This document shows positions 26,511 to 36,953 of a DNA stretch of 64,000 nucleotides, in pieces; the first letter of the stretch is position 1; the number at the start of each line of letters is the position of its first letter. The translations under genes and the position numbers were made by a program. The notes below the pieces were generated by a model. It did not search any database, was not told the DNA's origin, and saw nothing but the letters and a program-made list of their open reading frames with translations. Source of the stretch: an uncultured Candidatus Saccharibacteria bacterium (lineage in GTDB: Bacteria; Patescibacteriota; Minisyncoccia; Phycocordibacterales; Zambryskibacteraceae). The stretch is taken from assembly GCA_964509605.1 (NCBI GenBank), contig CAZDXF010000002.1:89514-153513 (forward strand), given 5' to 3'.

Positions 26511-26807
26511 TTGAATTGCTATAGACTGAACAATCGCAAGGGAGGGTTTGTGTGCGAAGTAGAGACCAATAGGCACGGCATATCTCTTGCCGAATGGGAT
26601 GAGAAGGCGAGAGAGCTTGGAGCGCCAGAGGAGTTTTTCCTATCGGAAAAGAGGGAAGAGCATTGGAGAAAAGGTCACAGCCCACGCTGGGCGTTGAGAC
26701 ATTTTATAAATGTTTCAATCGTGAGAGAGGTGATGAAGAAGGAAAAAGATTTTCGCCTGGGGAATCATCGCATTATGGGCAGAAAGACACCTTACCGTAA
26801 AAAGTAA
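26511..26807 (+). CDS. Hypothetical small basic protein (start uncertain)
   Basis: 98-aa ORF; possible GTG start after AAGGGAGG near 26551. Confidence 0.3.
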   Translation: MNCYRLNNRKGGFVCEVETNRHGISLAEWDEKARELGAPEEFFLSEKREEHWRKGHSPRWALRHFINVSIVREVMKKEKDFRLGNHRIMGRKTPYRKK

Positions 26808-26828
26808 TGGTGTCTTTTTTGTTTTGTA

Positions 26829-27245
26829 TTGTTGTATAATCAAAATATGAAAGGATATAAAGAAAATATTGAGAAACTTACTTTAGAAAACAATAATTTT
26901 AGAAAAGTTTTATACACCTCAAAACACAGCCAGCTTGTGCTTATGTCTTTAAAGCCAAAAGAAGAGATTGGAAAAGAAATTCACGAAGATAACGATCAAT
27001 TTTTCAGGTTTGAAAGCGGTGTAGGAGAAGTTTTGATTAATGAAGTAGTTTATCAAGTTGCAGATGGAGATTGTGTGGTCGTGCCGGCTGGAGCGGAACA
27101 CAATGTTATAAACACATCTGAAACAGAAATGTTGAAGTTTTATACAATATATTCACCAGCCCACCACAAGGACAAAACTATGCATAAAACAAAAGAGGAG
27201 GCAGAAAGTGATAACGAGCATTTTGACGGAATAACTAGCGAATAA
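26829..27245 (+). CDS. Cupin-domain protein
   Basis: VVVPAGAEHNVINTSETEMLKFYTIYSP cupin beta-barrel motifs. Confidence 0.6.
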   Translation: MLYNQNMKGYKENIEKLTLENNNFRKVLYTSKHSQLVLMSLKPKEEIGKEIHEDNDQFFRFESGVGEVLINEVVYQVADGDCVVVPAGAEHNVINTSETEMLKFYTIYSPAHHKDKTMHKTKEEAESDNEHFDGITSE

Positions 27246-27317
27246 TTTTTCCAAACAAAAAGGAGCTGGTCAGGCTCCTTTTTCTGCACATGGCAGATGT
27301 TTAACGACCGATTTGGT

Positions 27318-29126
27318 TTACGCGAGAGTCTGGCTTTCAACTAGCTCGCGATATTTTTCAGAGGTCTCCATGAGTTCATCATGGGTCCCTTGAGCAACCA
27401 CCTGCCCCTTGTCAAAGAGGAAGATGGTATCAACATCTCGCACTGTTGAAAGCCGATGGGCGATGATGATCGTCGTCCTTCCTTGAGAGGCATTGTGAAG
27501 CGATTCCTTGATGAGTCTCTCGACCTTGCCGTCAAGACTCGAGGTGGCCTCGTCAAAGATGAGAATCGCTGGATTCTTGGCTAGAGCTCTGGCGATCCCG
27601 ATCCTCTGGCGTTCTCCGCCAGAAAGCTGAACACCATTCTCTCCGACCGGAGTGTCCCATCCCTTGGTCAAGCGATGGGAGAACCGATCTATGAGTGAGA
27701 GTTTGGCAAGCCCATCTAGATATTCATCCGACAGACTATCTCTATCCCTCGCTCCAAAGAGGATGTTGTAACGCAAGGTTTCGTCAAAAAGCGAAACCAT
27801 TTGCTCAACCACCCCCACATGTTCGCGGAAATGGTGAAGATCAAGAAGCCGAATATCGTGACCGTCTACGAAGATTTGCCCTTGATCTGGGTCGTATCCT
27901 CGCAAAAGAAGATTCACGATCGTTGACTTCCCAGCTCCTGACTCTCCCACAAGAGCGACCCGCGTTCCACTTTTGATGGAAAAGTTCACTTGAGAAAGGG
28001 CAGGAAGTTTAGGCTTAGTCGCCCTTACTTCTTCCTTTTCCTCAAGAGTCTCGTCCACCTCTATGTAGCGAGTGAGTGGGTAGGTGAAAGATACATCACG
28101 GAACTCAATATCTCCGTGGAATCTGTTTGGCCGAACCGGATTGCCAATCGTCTTGACCGCCGGTTCAACAGAAAGAACGCTGAGGTATTTACTCACCGAG
28201 TTTATCTGAAGCATCCATCGACGGTGAATCTCACTCAACATTCCCAGTCCAGCAACTGCTTGACTTGTCCACATTGTCATGATGACGAGGTCGCCGGGCT
28301 GGTGGTCTCCACGATAGATGAGAAGAATACCAGTTACAAGAACTGCGAAACGCAGAGCGTGTGAGATCAGGTTTCTCTCGGCCGCTATCTTAACGAAATC
28401 CAACCAGAGCTTCTTCAGGAAATTGGCATAACCATCCAACCGACTGCCATGTTCGTCATGGATTCTTTCTTCTTGCGCATTGAATTGTACAAGAGAAAGA
28501 TTACCAACAATTTCAAGGTGACGCTTCCCGATAAGCTGGCTTCGGTCTTCCGACTCTCTCAGTCGGCCTCTGAACTTCTTGTTAACATAGATTGAAACCA
28601 GTAAGAAGAGGACGACACCGACGAGGGCTATCATACCGACTCGCCACTCAAAAAAGAGAAGAGCGATTACTGCCGCCAAAGTTTGAAGTATGATGGGCAG
28701 CACTTCGTAGAGCACTGAATCGACAAGGTTTCTTATTGAACCTTGCCCTTTGTTTATGACACCTATGGTGAGCCCCGAATGCTGGCTCCTATGTTGACCA
28801 ACTGATAGCGACAACAATTTGTCCAATGTCTTCTTGGACAAATAGTGCGCAACATTCCAGTCCAAGTGGCGAATCTCGTTCCTTGCTCTGAAGTACGCTA
28901 GTCCAATGGTTGAAACACCAATGGCAAAAGAAAGCCAAGCATACTTCATCACATCACTTAGTGGTGCCTGCTCGGTGACAAGGTTAATGATCTTCCCGAA
29001 GATGTACGGGAAAGCCAGATCAATCACCTCGCTTACCATTAGCAAGACCAGTGCAACAGCGAAGTACTTCTTGAATGGGGAGAAAATACCCCAAACTTTC
29101 CTCAAGAACTCCCGTTTGTCTTCCAA
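27318..29126 (-). CDS. ABC transporter, fused permease/ATP-binding exporter (MsbA-like)
   Basis: 6-TM N-terminal domain; Walker A GESGAGKST, signature LSGGERQR, Walker B ILIFDEATS. Confidence 0.85.
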   Translation of the reverse strand: MEDKREFLRKVWGIFSPFKKYFAVALVLLMVSEVIDLAFPYIFGKIINLVTEQAPLSDVMKYAWLSFAIGVSTIGLAYFRARNEIRHLDWNVAHYLSKKTLDKLLSLSVGQHRSQHSGLTIGVINKGQGSIRNLVDSVLYEVLPIILQTLAAVIALLFFEWRVGMIALVGVVLFLLVSIYVNKKFRGRLRESEDRSQLIGKRHLEIVGNLSLVQFNAQEERIHDEHGSRLDGYANFLKKLWLDFVKIAAERNLISHALRFAVLVTGILLIYRGDHQPGDLVIMTMWTSQAVAGLGMLSEIHRRWMLQINSVSKYLSVLSVEPAVKTIGNPVRPNRFHGDIEFRDVSFTYPLTRYIEVDETLEEKEEVRATKPKLPALSQVNFSIKSGTRVALVGESGAGKSTIVNLLLRGYDPDQGQIFVDGHDIRLLDLHHFREHVGVVEQMVSLFDETLRYNILFGARDRDSLSDEYLDGLAKLSLIDRFSHRLTKGWDTPVGENGVQLSGGERQRIGIARALAKNPAILIFDEATSSLDGKVERLIKESLHNASQGRTTIIIAHRLSTVRDVDTIFLFDKGQVVAQGTHDELMETSEKYRELVESQTLA

Positions 29127-29303
29127 AGCGTGTCTCCTTATCTGAGGTTTACGGATTTTTTGGCAAAGATCAGGTCAAACCATATTATATCATATATAAA
29201 ATAAAAAATCAAGTCTTTTTATGGCTTTAAACAAGGGTTTTTGCGGGCACATCTCTATTGTGAGATAATTGGCTCATTGTCAGAATAATTTGAAATTTTA
29301 GAG

Positions 29304-29966
29304 ATGATTAAATACATTTTAGCTTTAATTTTAATAGGTGTAGTGGCTTTCTTTGTTTTCAAAGGAGACGGCAAAAAATCCGAAGAGGAAATGGCTCCTG
29401 TCTCCAACGAACCTTCTGTGGAAGCGCTTGAAGACGGCTCTTATTCAGTGGTCCTTGCAGAAAGCAGTGTTAATTGGGAGGGAAGAAGACCTCTTATTCC
29501 AAATTACAGAGACAGAGGAACAATATCAATCAAAGAAGGAGCTTTTGTTGTTGCAGATGGTAATGTCTCACAAGGAAATATAGTTTTTGATATGAATTCA
29601 ATTACTGTTATTTCAACCGGAGCTGGTGCTGGCCAAACAACTTTGCAAAATCATTTAAAGTCGGACGACTTTTTCTCCGTATCAACTTTTCCTGAAACCA
29701 CACTTTTGCTTTTAGAAGTTTCTGGTGATCAAAGTGGATACAATGTTCGTGCAAACTTGACCATGAAAGGGCAGACTCACGAAATAAATATTCCAGTCTC
29801 TGTTTCCGAAGAAGATGGAAAGTTGAGAATTGTTGGAACGGTTGAGGTGGATAGAACAATCTGGGGTGTCAGATACGGATCAGGAAAGTTTTTTACAGAT
29901 ATGGCCGACAAAGTGATAGACGACTTTTTCACAGTTTCCTTTAATCTTGTTGCTCAAAAAAGTTAG
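29304..29966 (+). CDS. YceI-like periplasmic protein
   Basis: Signal/TM N-terminus; YceI-family beta-barrel pattern (VNWEGRR..., NLTMKGQTHEINIPV). Confidence 0.6.
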   Translation: MIKYILALILIGVVAFFVFKGDGKKSEEEMAPVSNEPSVEALEDGSYSVVLAESSVNWEGRRPLIPNYRDRGTISIKEGAFVVADGNVSQGNIVFDMNSITVISTGAGAGQTTLQNHLKSDDFFSVSTFPETTLLLLEVSGDQSGYNVRANLTMKGQTHEINIPVSVSEEDGKLRIVGTVEVDRTIWGVRYGSGKFFTDMADKVIDDFFTVSFNLVAQKS

Positions 29967-30005
29967 AATTATTTCTAATCAAAATTATTGGTTTAATTTT
30001 AGAAA

Positions 30006-30434
30006 ATGGAAACAAATAAAAACAAACAATATTTAATTTGGGGTCTTTTAATTTTAGTAATAATTCTTTTGTTTATGTGGATCGGCAAGGGAAGCGACAC
30101 AGAGTCTCCAGTGCCACAACCACAAGATGAAACGCCCATTACTTCAAACGATGGCAATGCACCAGAAGGTTCAGTCCACAATCAACCAGTTTCTCCAGCG
30201 GTAGCAGCAGCTAGAGTTTTGTTGGCTTCAAGGTTAGATATGAAGGTGCTTGATGTGGTCGTCTTGAGCGAAAAAGCGGTAGAGTGGCCAGATGCATGTC
30301 TCGGAATTTCAAGCCCAGGTCTGTTGTGCGCTCAGGTTATTACTTCTGGATATGAGGTAAAAATGCTTGCTCAGGGCAATGAGTATACTTATAGAACGAA
30401 TGCTAATGGGTCTTTGGTAAAAGCTGAGAATTAA
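30006..30434 (+). CDS. Hypothetical secreted/membrane-anchored protein
   Basis: 142-aa ORF with N-terminal TM segment. Confidence 0.4.
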   Translation: METNKNKQYLIWGLLILVIILLFMWIGKGSDTESPVPQPQDETPITSNDGNAPEGSVHNQPVSPAVAAARVLLASRLDMKVLDVVVLSEKAVEWPDACLGISSPGLLCAQVITSGYEVKMLAQGNEYTYRTNANGSLVKAEN

Positions 30435-30441
30435 TTTTTGT

Positions 30442-30481
30442 AAAACAGCTCGTCCTAGTTTTTACTAGGACGAGCTGTTTT
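30442..30481. terminator. Bidirectional rho-independent terminator
   Basis: Perfect 18-bp palindrome AAAACAGCTCGTCCTAGT-tttt-ACTAGGACGAGCTGTTTT. Confidence 0.75.
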
Positions 30482-30505
30482 ATTTTGTGGTGTATAATTT
30501 TACAA

Positions 30506-33190
30506 ATGATTTGGTATAAACTTGCACCCGAAAAGGTTTTAGAAAAGCTAGAAACAAAAAGAGAAGGTTTGTCTCTCTTTGAAGCCGAAGAGAAACTCCG
30601 TATTCACGGGCCAAACGCTCTGCCGACAAAAAAGCCCGATCCGTTAATAAAAATAATTTTTGAGCAGTTTAAAAGCCCTGTCATTTATCTTCTTCTCATT
30701 GCCGCCCTCATAGTTCTTGTTCTTGGAGATGTGGTGGACGCGATTGTTATTGTGTCTGTTTTGGTAATAAATGCTGGAATAGGTGCATATCAAGAAGGAA
30801 AAGCTCAAAATACTTTGCGGGCACTTGAAAATTTTGTGAAAACGGAAGCTACTGTGGTGAGAGGCGGAGATGAATTGGTTGTTTCTGATGAAAATATTGT
30901 TCCGGGAGATATTGTCTTTCTAAAAGAAGGAGATAAGGTGCCAGCAGACGCAAGAATATTGGAAGCGTATTCTTTTCGTGTGGATGAATCGGCTTTAACG
31001 GGAGAATCTGTGCCAGTATCAAAAACAACTGAAGCTTTGGAAGCAGATGAAATTCCTCCCGCTGATCAAAAAAATATGGTTTTTAGAGGCACTTTTGTTG
31101 TTGGCGGAAACGCTCATGTTGTAGTGGTGAAGACAGGACTCGATACTGTTATAGGAGAAATTTCTCAAGAACTGAAGCAAATAGATACCGATGTTCCGTT
31201 AAAAGAAAACATAAGGAAACTTTCCAGAGTGATAATAATAGGTGTCATTGGTGTTTGTTTGGCGCTTTTCTTCCTTGGAATATTTAAAAATTTTGGAATT
31301 AGGGAAATGTTTGCGACAGTTGTGGCTATTTCAGTTTCTGCAATACCCTCAGGTCTTCCTATGGTGGTCACAATCATCCTAGCTTCTGGAGTTCACAGGA
31401 TGAGCAAAAGAAACGCTTTGGTCAGAAAACTCCAAGCGGTTGAAGCGCTCGGTCAAGCTTCTGTTATTGCGGTAGACAAAACAGGAACGATTACCTTAAA
31501 CCAAATGATGGTCTCAAAGTTTTATTCAGACGGGCGTATTTTTGATGTTTCAGGCTCTGGTTATAACCCTGAGGGTGAGATAATTTACGACAAGAAAAAA
31601 ATTGATTTTAAAAAAGAAAAACTTTTTGAGCTATTTGGAAAAGTTTCTGTACTAACTGCTTCTGCGGAGGTTGCTTATTCTGAAGGAGATAAAATTTGGA
31701 AAAGGGTATATGGTGATCCCACAGAAGCAGCTTTGTTGGTTTTTGCTCAAAAACTGGGTTTTCATCGGGAAAGTTTTCTGCGAGAAAATCCGATTTTGGT
31801 TGAAATTCCTTTCGATTCTTCCAGTCGTTATCATGCTGTTGTTAGCAGGGTTGGCGAAAAGGACTTTCTGGCAACGGCTGGAGCTCCGGAAATGATCGTT
31901 CAAATTTGTGGCAAGTTTTTGAAATCAGACAAGACTGAAAAATTTTTAGAAAAAGGCAAAGAAGAAATTTTGTCGGAAGTTTCTAATCTTTCAAAACAGG
32001 GTTTGAGAGTCATTGCTCTTGCCTATAATGAAAATCCGCCTGAAAAAATTGATCCACAAAATCTTCCGGATATGATTTTTCTCGGGCTTGTCGCTATTGA
32101 AGATACTTTAAGGGAAGAAGTTCATTTAGCAGTAGACAAAGCTCATGAAGCCGGAATCAGGACGGTAATGATTACAGGTGATCACAAAGAAACAGCAAAA
32201 GCTTTGGCACAAAGATCGGGAATTTGGAAAGAAGGAGACTCGGTGGTTTCTGGTGATGAAATAAAGAGCAAGACGATACCCGAGCTTAAAGATATGATTC
32301 CAAAAACATCTGTGTTTGCCAGAATTGCACCAGAGCATAAATTAAAAATTATAGAAGCTTACAGAGCAAACGGGGAAATTGTGGCCATGACTGGAGACGG
32401 GGTAAACGATGCTTTATCTCTAGCTGCGGCCGATTTAGGTGTTTCAATGGGTAAAATTGGAACAGAGGTTGCAAAAGAAGCATCGGACATAATTTTGCTT
32501 GACGACAATTTTCTATCTATTGTTTCTGCTGTTGAAGAGGGGAGAAGTATTTATGCCACAATAAAAAAAGTGGTGCTTTATCTATTTTCTACGAGTATTG
32601 GAGAGATTTTGGCAATTTCAGCCGCTATGCTTTTGGACCTCCCGCTTCCTTTGGTTGCCAGTCAAATAATCTGGCTAAATTTTGTGACAGATGGCTTTTT
32701 GGTAATTGCTTTGGCGATGGAGCCTAAAGAAAATATTGATGGGAAAATTAAACCTGGTCCGAAAAATCTGATTGATAAGCCAATGTTGGAAAGGATGCTT
32801 ATTCAAGGTTCTGTAATGATGATTGGTACAATAATTTTGTTTAAGTATTTTTTGCCGTTTGGATATGCACACGCTTCTACTGTTGCACTGACGCTTCTCG
32901 CTGTATTCCAATGGTTTAATGTTTGGAATTGCAGAACAGATAAACTGTCAAAAAATAAATTAAAAATAACCCCTGCTTTATTTTGGACTATTTTAATTGT
33001 TTTCGTACTTCAATTGTTGGCAGTTTATACACCAGCACTGCAATCTGTTTTGAGAACTGTTCCTTTGAATTTAGTAGATTGGGCCCTGATCTTTCTAATG
33101 GGTAGCTTTATAGTTTTTGCTGATCTGCTTTGGAAAGAATTTAATTATTTGCGCAATATAAAACCCATGATTCCTTTAACATTTACCTAA
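30506..33190 (+). CDS. P-type cation-transporting ATPase (Ca2+/Mg2+ type IIA-like)
   Basis: DKTGTIT phosphorylation motif, MITGDHKETA, GDGVNDALSL; 10 TM. ATG at 30506 preferred over the TTG at 30485. Confidence 0.85.
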   Translation: MIWYKLAPEKVLEKLETKREGLSLFEAEEKLRIHGPNALPTKKPDPLIKIIFEQFKSPVIYLLLIAALIVLVLGDVVDAIVIVSVLVINAGIGAYQEGKAQNTLRALENFVKTEATVVRGGDELVVSDENIVPGDIVFLKEGDKVPADARILEAYSFRVDESALTGESVPVSKTTEALEADEIPPADQKNMVFRGTFVVGGNAHVVVVKTGLDTVIGEISQELKQIDTDVPLKENIRKLSRVIIIGVIGVCLALFFLGIFKNFGIREMFATVVAISVSAIPSGLPMVVTIILASGVHRMSKRNALVRKLQAVEALGQASVIAVDKTGTITLNQMMVSKFYSDGRIFDVSGSGYNPEGEIIYDKKKIDFKKEKLFELFGKVSVLTASAEVAYSEGDKIWKRVYGDPTEAALLVFAQKLGFHRESFLRENPILVEIPFDSSSRYHAVVSRVGEKDFLATAGAPEMIVQICGKFLKSDKTEKFLEKGKEEILSEVSNLSKQGLRVIALAYNENPPEKIDPQNLPDMIFLGLVAIEDTLREEVHLAVDKAHEAGIRTVMITGDHKETAKALAQRSGIWKEGDSVVSGDEIKSKTIPELKDMIPKTSVFARIAPEHKLKIIEAYRANGEIVAMTGDGVNDALSLAAADLGVSMGKIGTEVAKEASDIILLDDNFLSIVSAVEEGRSIYATIKKVVLYLFSTSIGEILAISAAMLLDLPLPLVASQIIWLNFVTDGFLVIALAMEPKENIDGKIKPGPKNLIDKPMLERMLIQGSVMMIGTIILFKYFLPFGYAHASTVALTLLAVFQWFNVWNCRTDKLSKNKLKITPALFWTILIVFVLQLLAVYTPALQSVLRTVPLNLVDWALIFLMGSFIVFADLLWKEFNYLRNIKPMIPLTFT

Positions 33191-33244
33191 TTTCTAATTA
33201 TAAATTACGCTTGATATGTATTATGGCGGGGTTATAATAGGCAA

Positions 33245-34390
33245 ATGAAAGGAAAAATATTCTTTGTAGTTTCGTTTTTGTTGTTTTTTTTAATCTTTTT
33301 TCCCCAGCTATCTATTTCTGCCGACTTCAAATTTGCACAAGACTACTCTTTAAAAAGGGGGGATGTTATTGATGGAGATTTTTATTTTGGTGGCGGTAAT
33401 TTAACATTATCGGGCTCTGTCTCTGGAGACCTTTTTGCTTTCGGAGTGTTTAATGTTTTTTCAAATGAAAATGTTGGCAAGGACGCTTTACTCATTGGAA
33501 GAACTGTAAACAGTTTAGCTGACACAAATGGAAATTTGAGGATTGTTGCGGGCAATGCTTTAGTTGGTGGCAATATTAATGGTGATTTTGTTTCTGCTAT
33601 CGCAGATTTGAAGATTCACCCAGAGACTTTGATTGAAAAAAATGTATATATAATTGCTAGAAAAGCGATTGTTGATGGTGTTGTCTCTGGTAGCACTCTT
33701 ATTTCTGGAGGCGAGATATTTTTAAATGGAACTTTCAAGGGACCTGTTGAAATAAACGCTAATGAAGTAAGCATTAGTTCTGGAGCCGTGCTGGAACAAG
33801 GACTTTCTTACACCTCTCCTTTCCCAGCTTCTGTTGAGGAAGGCGCTGTTATTAATGGAGAAGTTGTTTTTAAGGAATCTTCCATGACTCCAAAAAGTGA
33901 AAGGTATATACCGACATTCTGGGGAGTGTGGTTTTTGGTAAAAGTAGTAATTCTTTTGGTCGGAGCTTTAGTTTTACATGGAATTTTTAGAAGAATTTCT
34001 GATAGATTTGTTTCGGAGGGATCACAGAATTATCTAACTTCTTTCTTGTGGGGTTTTCTCTTTGTTTTAGCTATTCCAGTTTCACTTGCGCTCATAACTC
34101 TCACTTTTGTGGGCATACCTTTTGTTCTCTTAGGAATTTCAATCTTTGTCTTTATGCTTGTGCTTGCATTCTTTTATTCCCCAATCCTTATTGGTTCAGT
34201 AGCCAAGAAAATTATTTTTAAAGAAAAGAGTCTGGTTGTGACTTGGAAAACAATAATTTTGGGAATTGCAATACTGACAGTTCTGTCTTACTTGCCTTAT
34301 GTCGGAGCTCTGGCTCGAGGTGTTATTTTTCTAACTGTTTTGGGGGCGATACTTAAGGTTTTGATTCACAAATTCTCGGAAGTCAGATAG
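33245..34390 (+). CDS. Hypothetical membrane protein (N-terminal Gly/Asn-rich beta-repeat domain + C-terminal TM helices)
   Basis: Signal peptide; repetitive G/N/V-rich segments; 4 C-terminal TM helices. Confidence 0.4.
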   Translation: MKGKIFFVVSFLLFFLIFFPQLSISADFKFAQDYSLKRGDVIDGDFYFGGGNLTLSGSVSGDLFAFGVFNVFSNENVGKDALLIGRTVNSLADTNGNLRIVAGNALVGGNINGDFVSAIADLKIHPETLIEKNVYIIARKAIVDGVVSGSTLISGGEIFLNGTFKGPVEINANEVSISSGAVLEQGLSYTSPFPASVEEGAVINGEVVFKESSMTPKSERYIPTFWGVWFLVKVVILLVGALVLHGIFRRISDRFVSEGSQNYLTSFLWGFLFVLAIPVSLALITLTFVGIPFVLLGISIFVFMLVLAFFYSPILIGSVAKKIIFKEKSLVVTWKTIILGIAILTVLSYLPYVGALARGVIFLTVLGAILKVLIHKFSEVR

Positions 34391-34407
34391 AGGTGTTATA
34401 ATTACAA

Positions 34408-35037
34408 GTGATGAAAAACCCTCTTTCTTACGCTATTGCTTTGTTGGTAGTTTTTTTTGCTATTTACGCCATATTTTTTTCAGGAGATGTTAGAACTATA
34501 AAAAACTTTCCCTCTCATGGAAGCGGAATTTTGGTTTTGGGTGACAGTCTGGTAGAAGGTGTAGGAGCAACAAAGGGGAATGATCTTTTTTCTGTATTAG
34601 CTAAAAAAATTGGAGAGCCGATAAAAAATTATGGTAGAGGTGGAGATACCACCGCTCTTGCTTTGGAGAGGTTGCCAAGGGTACTTGAGGAAAATCCCAG
34701 TCCAAGAGTAGCTATAATTTTGTTGGGTGGAAACGATTTTTTGAGAAAGGTTCCAAAAGAGGAGACATTTTCAAATCTTGCAACTATAATAGAATCTTTC
34801 CAAGAAAAAGGAGCTGTTGTTTTATTGATAGGAGTGCGAGGCGGGGTTTTTAAAGATAATTTTGAGGCGGAATTTGAAGAACTTCACAGGAGGTACCAGA
34901 CAGCATATATTCCGAATATTTTAAGAGGTCTCATAACTGACAGAACTCTTATGTTTGACTCAATCCATCCAAATGATTTGGGTTATGCAAAAATAGCCGA
35001 AAGAATTTATCCAACTTTAAAAAAAATAAATCAATAA
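34408..35037 (+). CDS. SGNH/GDSL-family hydrolase
   Basis: GDSL block VLGDSLVEGVG, LLGGNDF block, C-terminal D..H. Confidence 0.7.
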   Translation: MMKNPLSYAIALLVVFFAIYAIFFSGDVRTIKNFPSHGSGILVLGDSLVEGVGATKGNDLFSVLAKKIGEPIKNYGRGGDTTALALERLPRVLEENPSPRVAIILLGGNDFLRKVPKEETFSNLATIIESFQEKGAVVLLIGVRGGVFKDNFEAEFEELHRRYQTAYIPNILRGLITDRTLMFDSIHPNDLGYAKIAERIYPTLKKINQ

Positions 35038-35038
35038 T

Positions 35039-35566
35039 ATGAAACTAAGAATATTTATTGCCCTTATACTGACGATTATCGCGGTCTTTCTTTGGAAGTC
35101 TTTTAGCTCTGAAAATTTAAAATCAGCTAATAGTTTTGCAGAATGTGTAAATTTGTCAGGCGTCGTTATGGAGTCTTATCCAAGAAGGTGTAATTTTAAC
35201 GGACAGACTTTTGTTGAGAATATAGGCAATGAAATGGAGAGGTTGGATTTAATAAGGATTGCTTATCCCAGACCAAACGCTTCGGTAAAAAATTCTTTTA
35301 CTATTACAGGAGAAGCTCGCGGTTATTGGTTTTTTGAAGCAAGTTTCCCTGTGGAGATCTTGGACGCAAACGGCAATAGAATTTTTATGGGTTTTGCCAC
35401 CGCTCAAGGGGAATGGATGACAGAAGATTTTGTACCTTTTGTTTCTGAAGTTAGCTTTCCAAATCCAAGCACCAAAACAGGAACTCTTATTCTCCACAAA
35501 GACAATCCGTCTGGTTTGCCAGAAAATGAAGATAGTCTCATCGTTCCAATCAGCTTTGATTTTTAG
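35039..35566 (+). CDS. Hypothetical secreted protein
   Basis: 175 aa with N-terminal TM/signal. Confidence 0.4.
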   Translation: MKLRIFIALILTIIAVFLWKSFSSENLKSANSFAECVNLSGVVMESYPRRCNFNGQTFVENIGNEMERLDLIRIAYPRPNASVKNSFTITGEARGYWFFEASFPVEILDANGNRIFMGFATAQGEWMTEDFVPFVSEVSFPNPSTKTGTLILHKDNPSGLPENEDSLIVPISFDF

Positions 35567-35765
35567 TGTATAATCAAAATCTAATAAAACTAATATAAAA
35601 ATTATGATTCACTATGTCTGCCAAGGAGATTGTAAAGCGGTTTCCGACAAAGAAGGTGTCTGTGAAGCCGATTTCTGCAATCGCAAAGGGGAGGAATTAA
35701 AAATTTGTGGCTGTGAAGACGGAGCTCACCAAGAAGAACAAAATTCAGAAACGGAAAACTCTTAA

Positions 35766-36944
35766 CTATCTGGTATCTTTAAGTTTGTATAGAAATACTC
35801 CACTCAATAGGACGATGGCTGACAGGACAAAGTAGGCTTTTCCAAATCCCAATAAGAATATTGAAATACTGGCTATGGCTGGTCCAAACATAAATGATGC
35901 GGGTCGGGTTATTCTGAATATACTTATCAAATTGGCATCCTTGCCTTTAACTTGTTTAAAGAAATAACTTTCGGTTCCTATTTCTATTAGGCTAGCACCC
36001 ACTCTAGTTAGAAAAAGTATTCCTGCCCAAACAAAAAATATAGAGGAATTTACAAAAGGAATCATGAAAGTAGCAAGCGAGGCTATTATAATTCCCATTG
36101 CCACCACCTCTTTTTCTCCTGTCTTGGTGTCAGCGACTATTCCGGCCGGTATTTCAAATAGTAGAAATGGAATTAGCATTATCGTAAAAATTAGCCCCAG
36201 CTCCTTCCAAGCTATCCCCATACTTTCGTGCAAATACAGGGGGGTGTACACAATCATCCATGCGTAAAAAAACTGAAGTATAAAATTTATTAAGGTTATT
36301 TTTACTATATTTGGGTGAGTCATTAAATCGGACAGCGTTTCTCCTATGTTCAAGTGCTCAAAAAACGGTCTTTCAATATTTCCAAAATTTTTCTTCACCA
36401 ATAAAAATGCGGGAATAAGTAGCAATAGGGAAGCGAGATAAACTTTCCAATAAGAATTTGTGCCAACAAGAAAACCGACTATGGTGGGAGAAATTATGAG
36501 GGTGATGTTTGCAAATGTCAGAAACGACCCTCTCAAAAGTCCTGTTCCAGACTCATCTTTTGTAATTGTTTCCAAGAAAACATCCAAGCTGTAAGCCATC
36601 ATAAAGACAGCCACCTGGTGAAAAATAAAGAATGGAACGATAAGAAGAGGGTTGTTTGTTATAACTAGGCCCAAAAGCGCAATAATTTCTCCAGAAATGA
36701 AAAAAAGCAAAAAGGCAAAATTTCCCACCAGGTTTAATATTCTTGGTGCCAATATAAACATTACTGTGCTCATTATTGAGCCCGCAATATACAAGATGCT
36801 CAGTGTTTTTTCGGAGAAATACTCGTTTAAAAAAGACGAGTTTATGTATATCACTAAATAGTAGTGAAATGATGTTAAGAGGTTGACCAAAAAAACCAAA
36901 GACAGCGTTCGGTTTCCTCTGATGTGATGAATTAGTTCTCCCAT
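35766..36944 (-). CDS. MFS-family transporter
   Basis: 12 predicted TM helices; MFS-like loop motifs. Confidence 0.65.
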   Translation of the reverse strand: MGELIHHIRGNRTLSLVFLVNLLTSFHYYLVIYINSSFLNEYFSEKTLSILYIAGSIMSTVMFILAPRILNLVGNFAFLLFFISGEIIALLGLVITNNPLLIVPFFIFHQVAVFMMAYSLDVFLETITKDESGTGLLRGSFLTFANITLIISPTIVGFLVGTNSYWKVYLASLLLLIPAFLLVKKNFGNIERPFFEHLNIGETLSDLMTHPNIVKITLINFILQFFYAWMIVYTPLYLHESMGIAWKELGLIFTIMLIPFLLFEIPAGIVADTKTGEKEVVAMGIIIASLATFMIPFVNSSIFFVWAGILFLTRVGASLIEIGTESYFFKQVKGKDANLISIFRITRPASFMFGPAIASISIFLLGFGKAYFVLSAIVLLSGVFLYKLKDTR

Positions 36945-36953
36945 AGGAGATTA

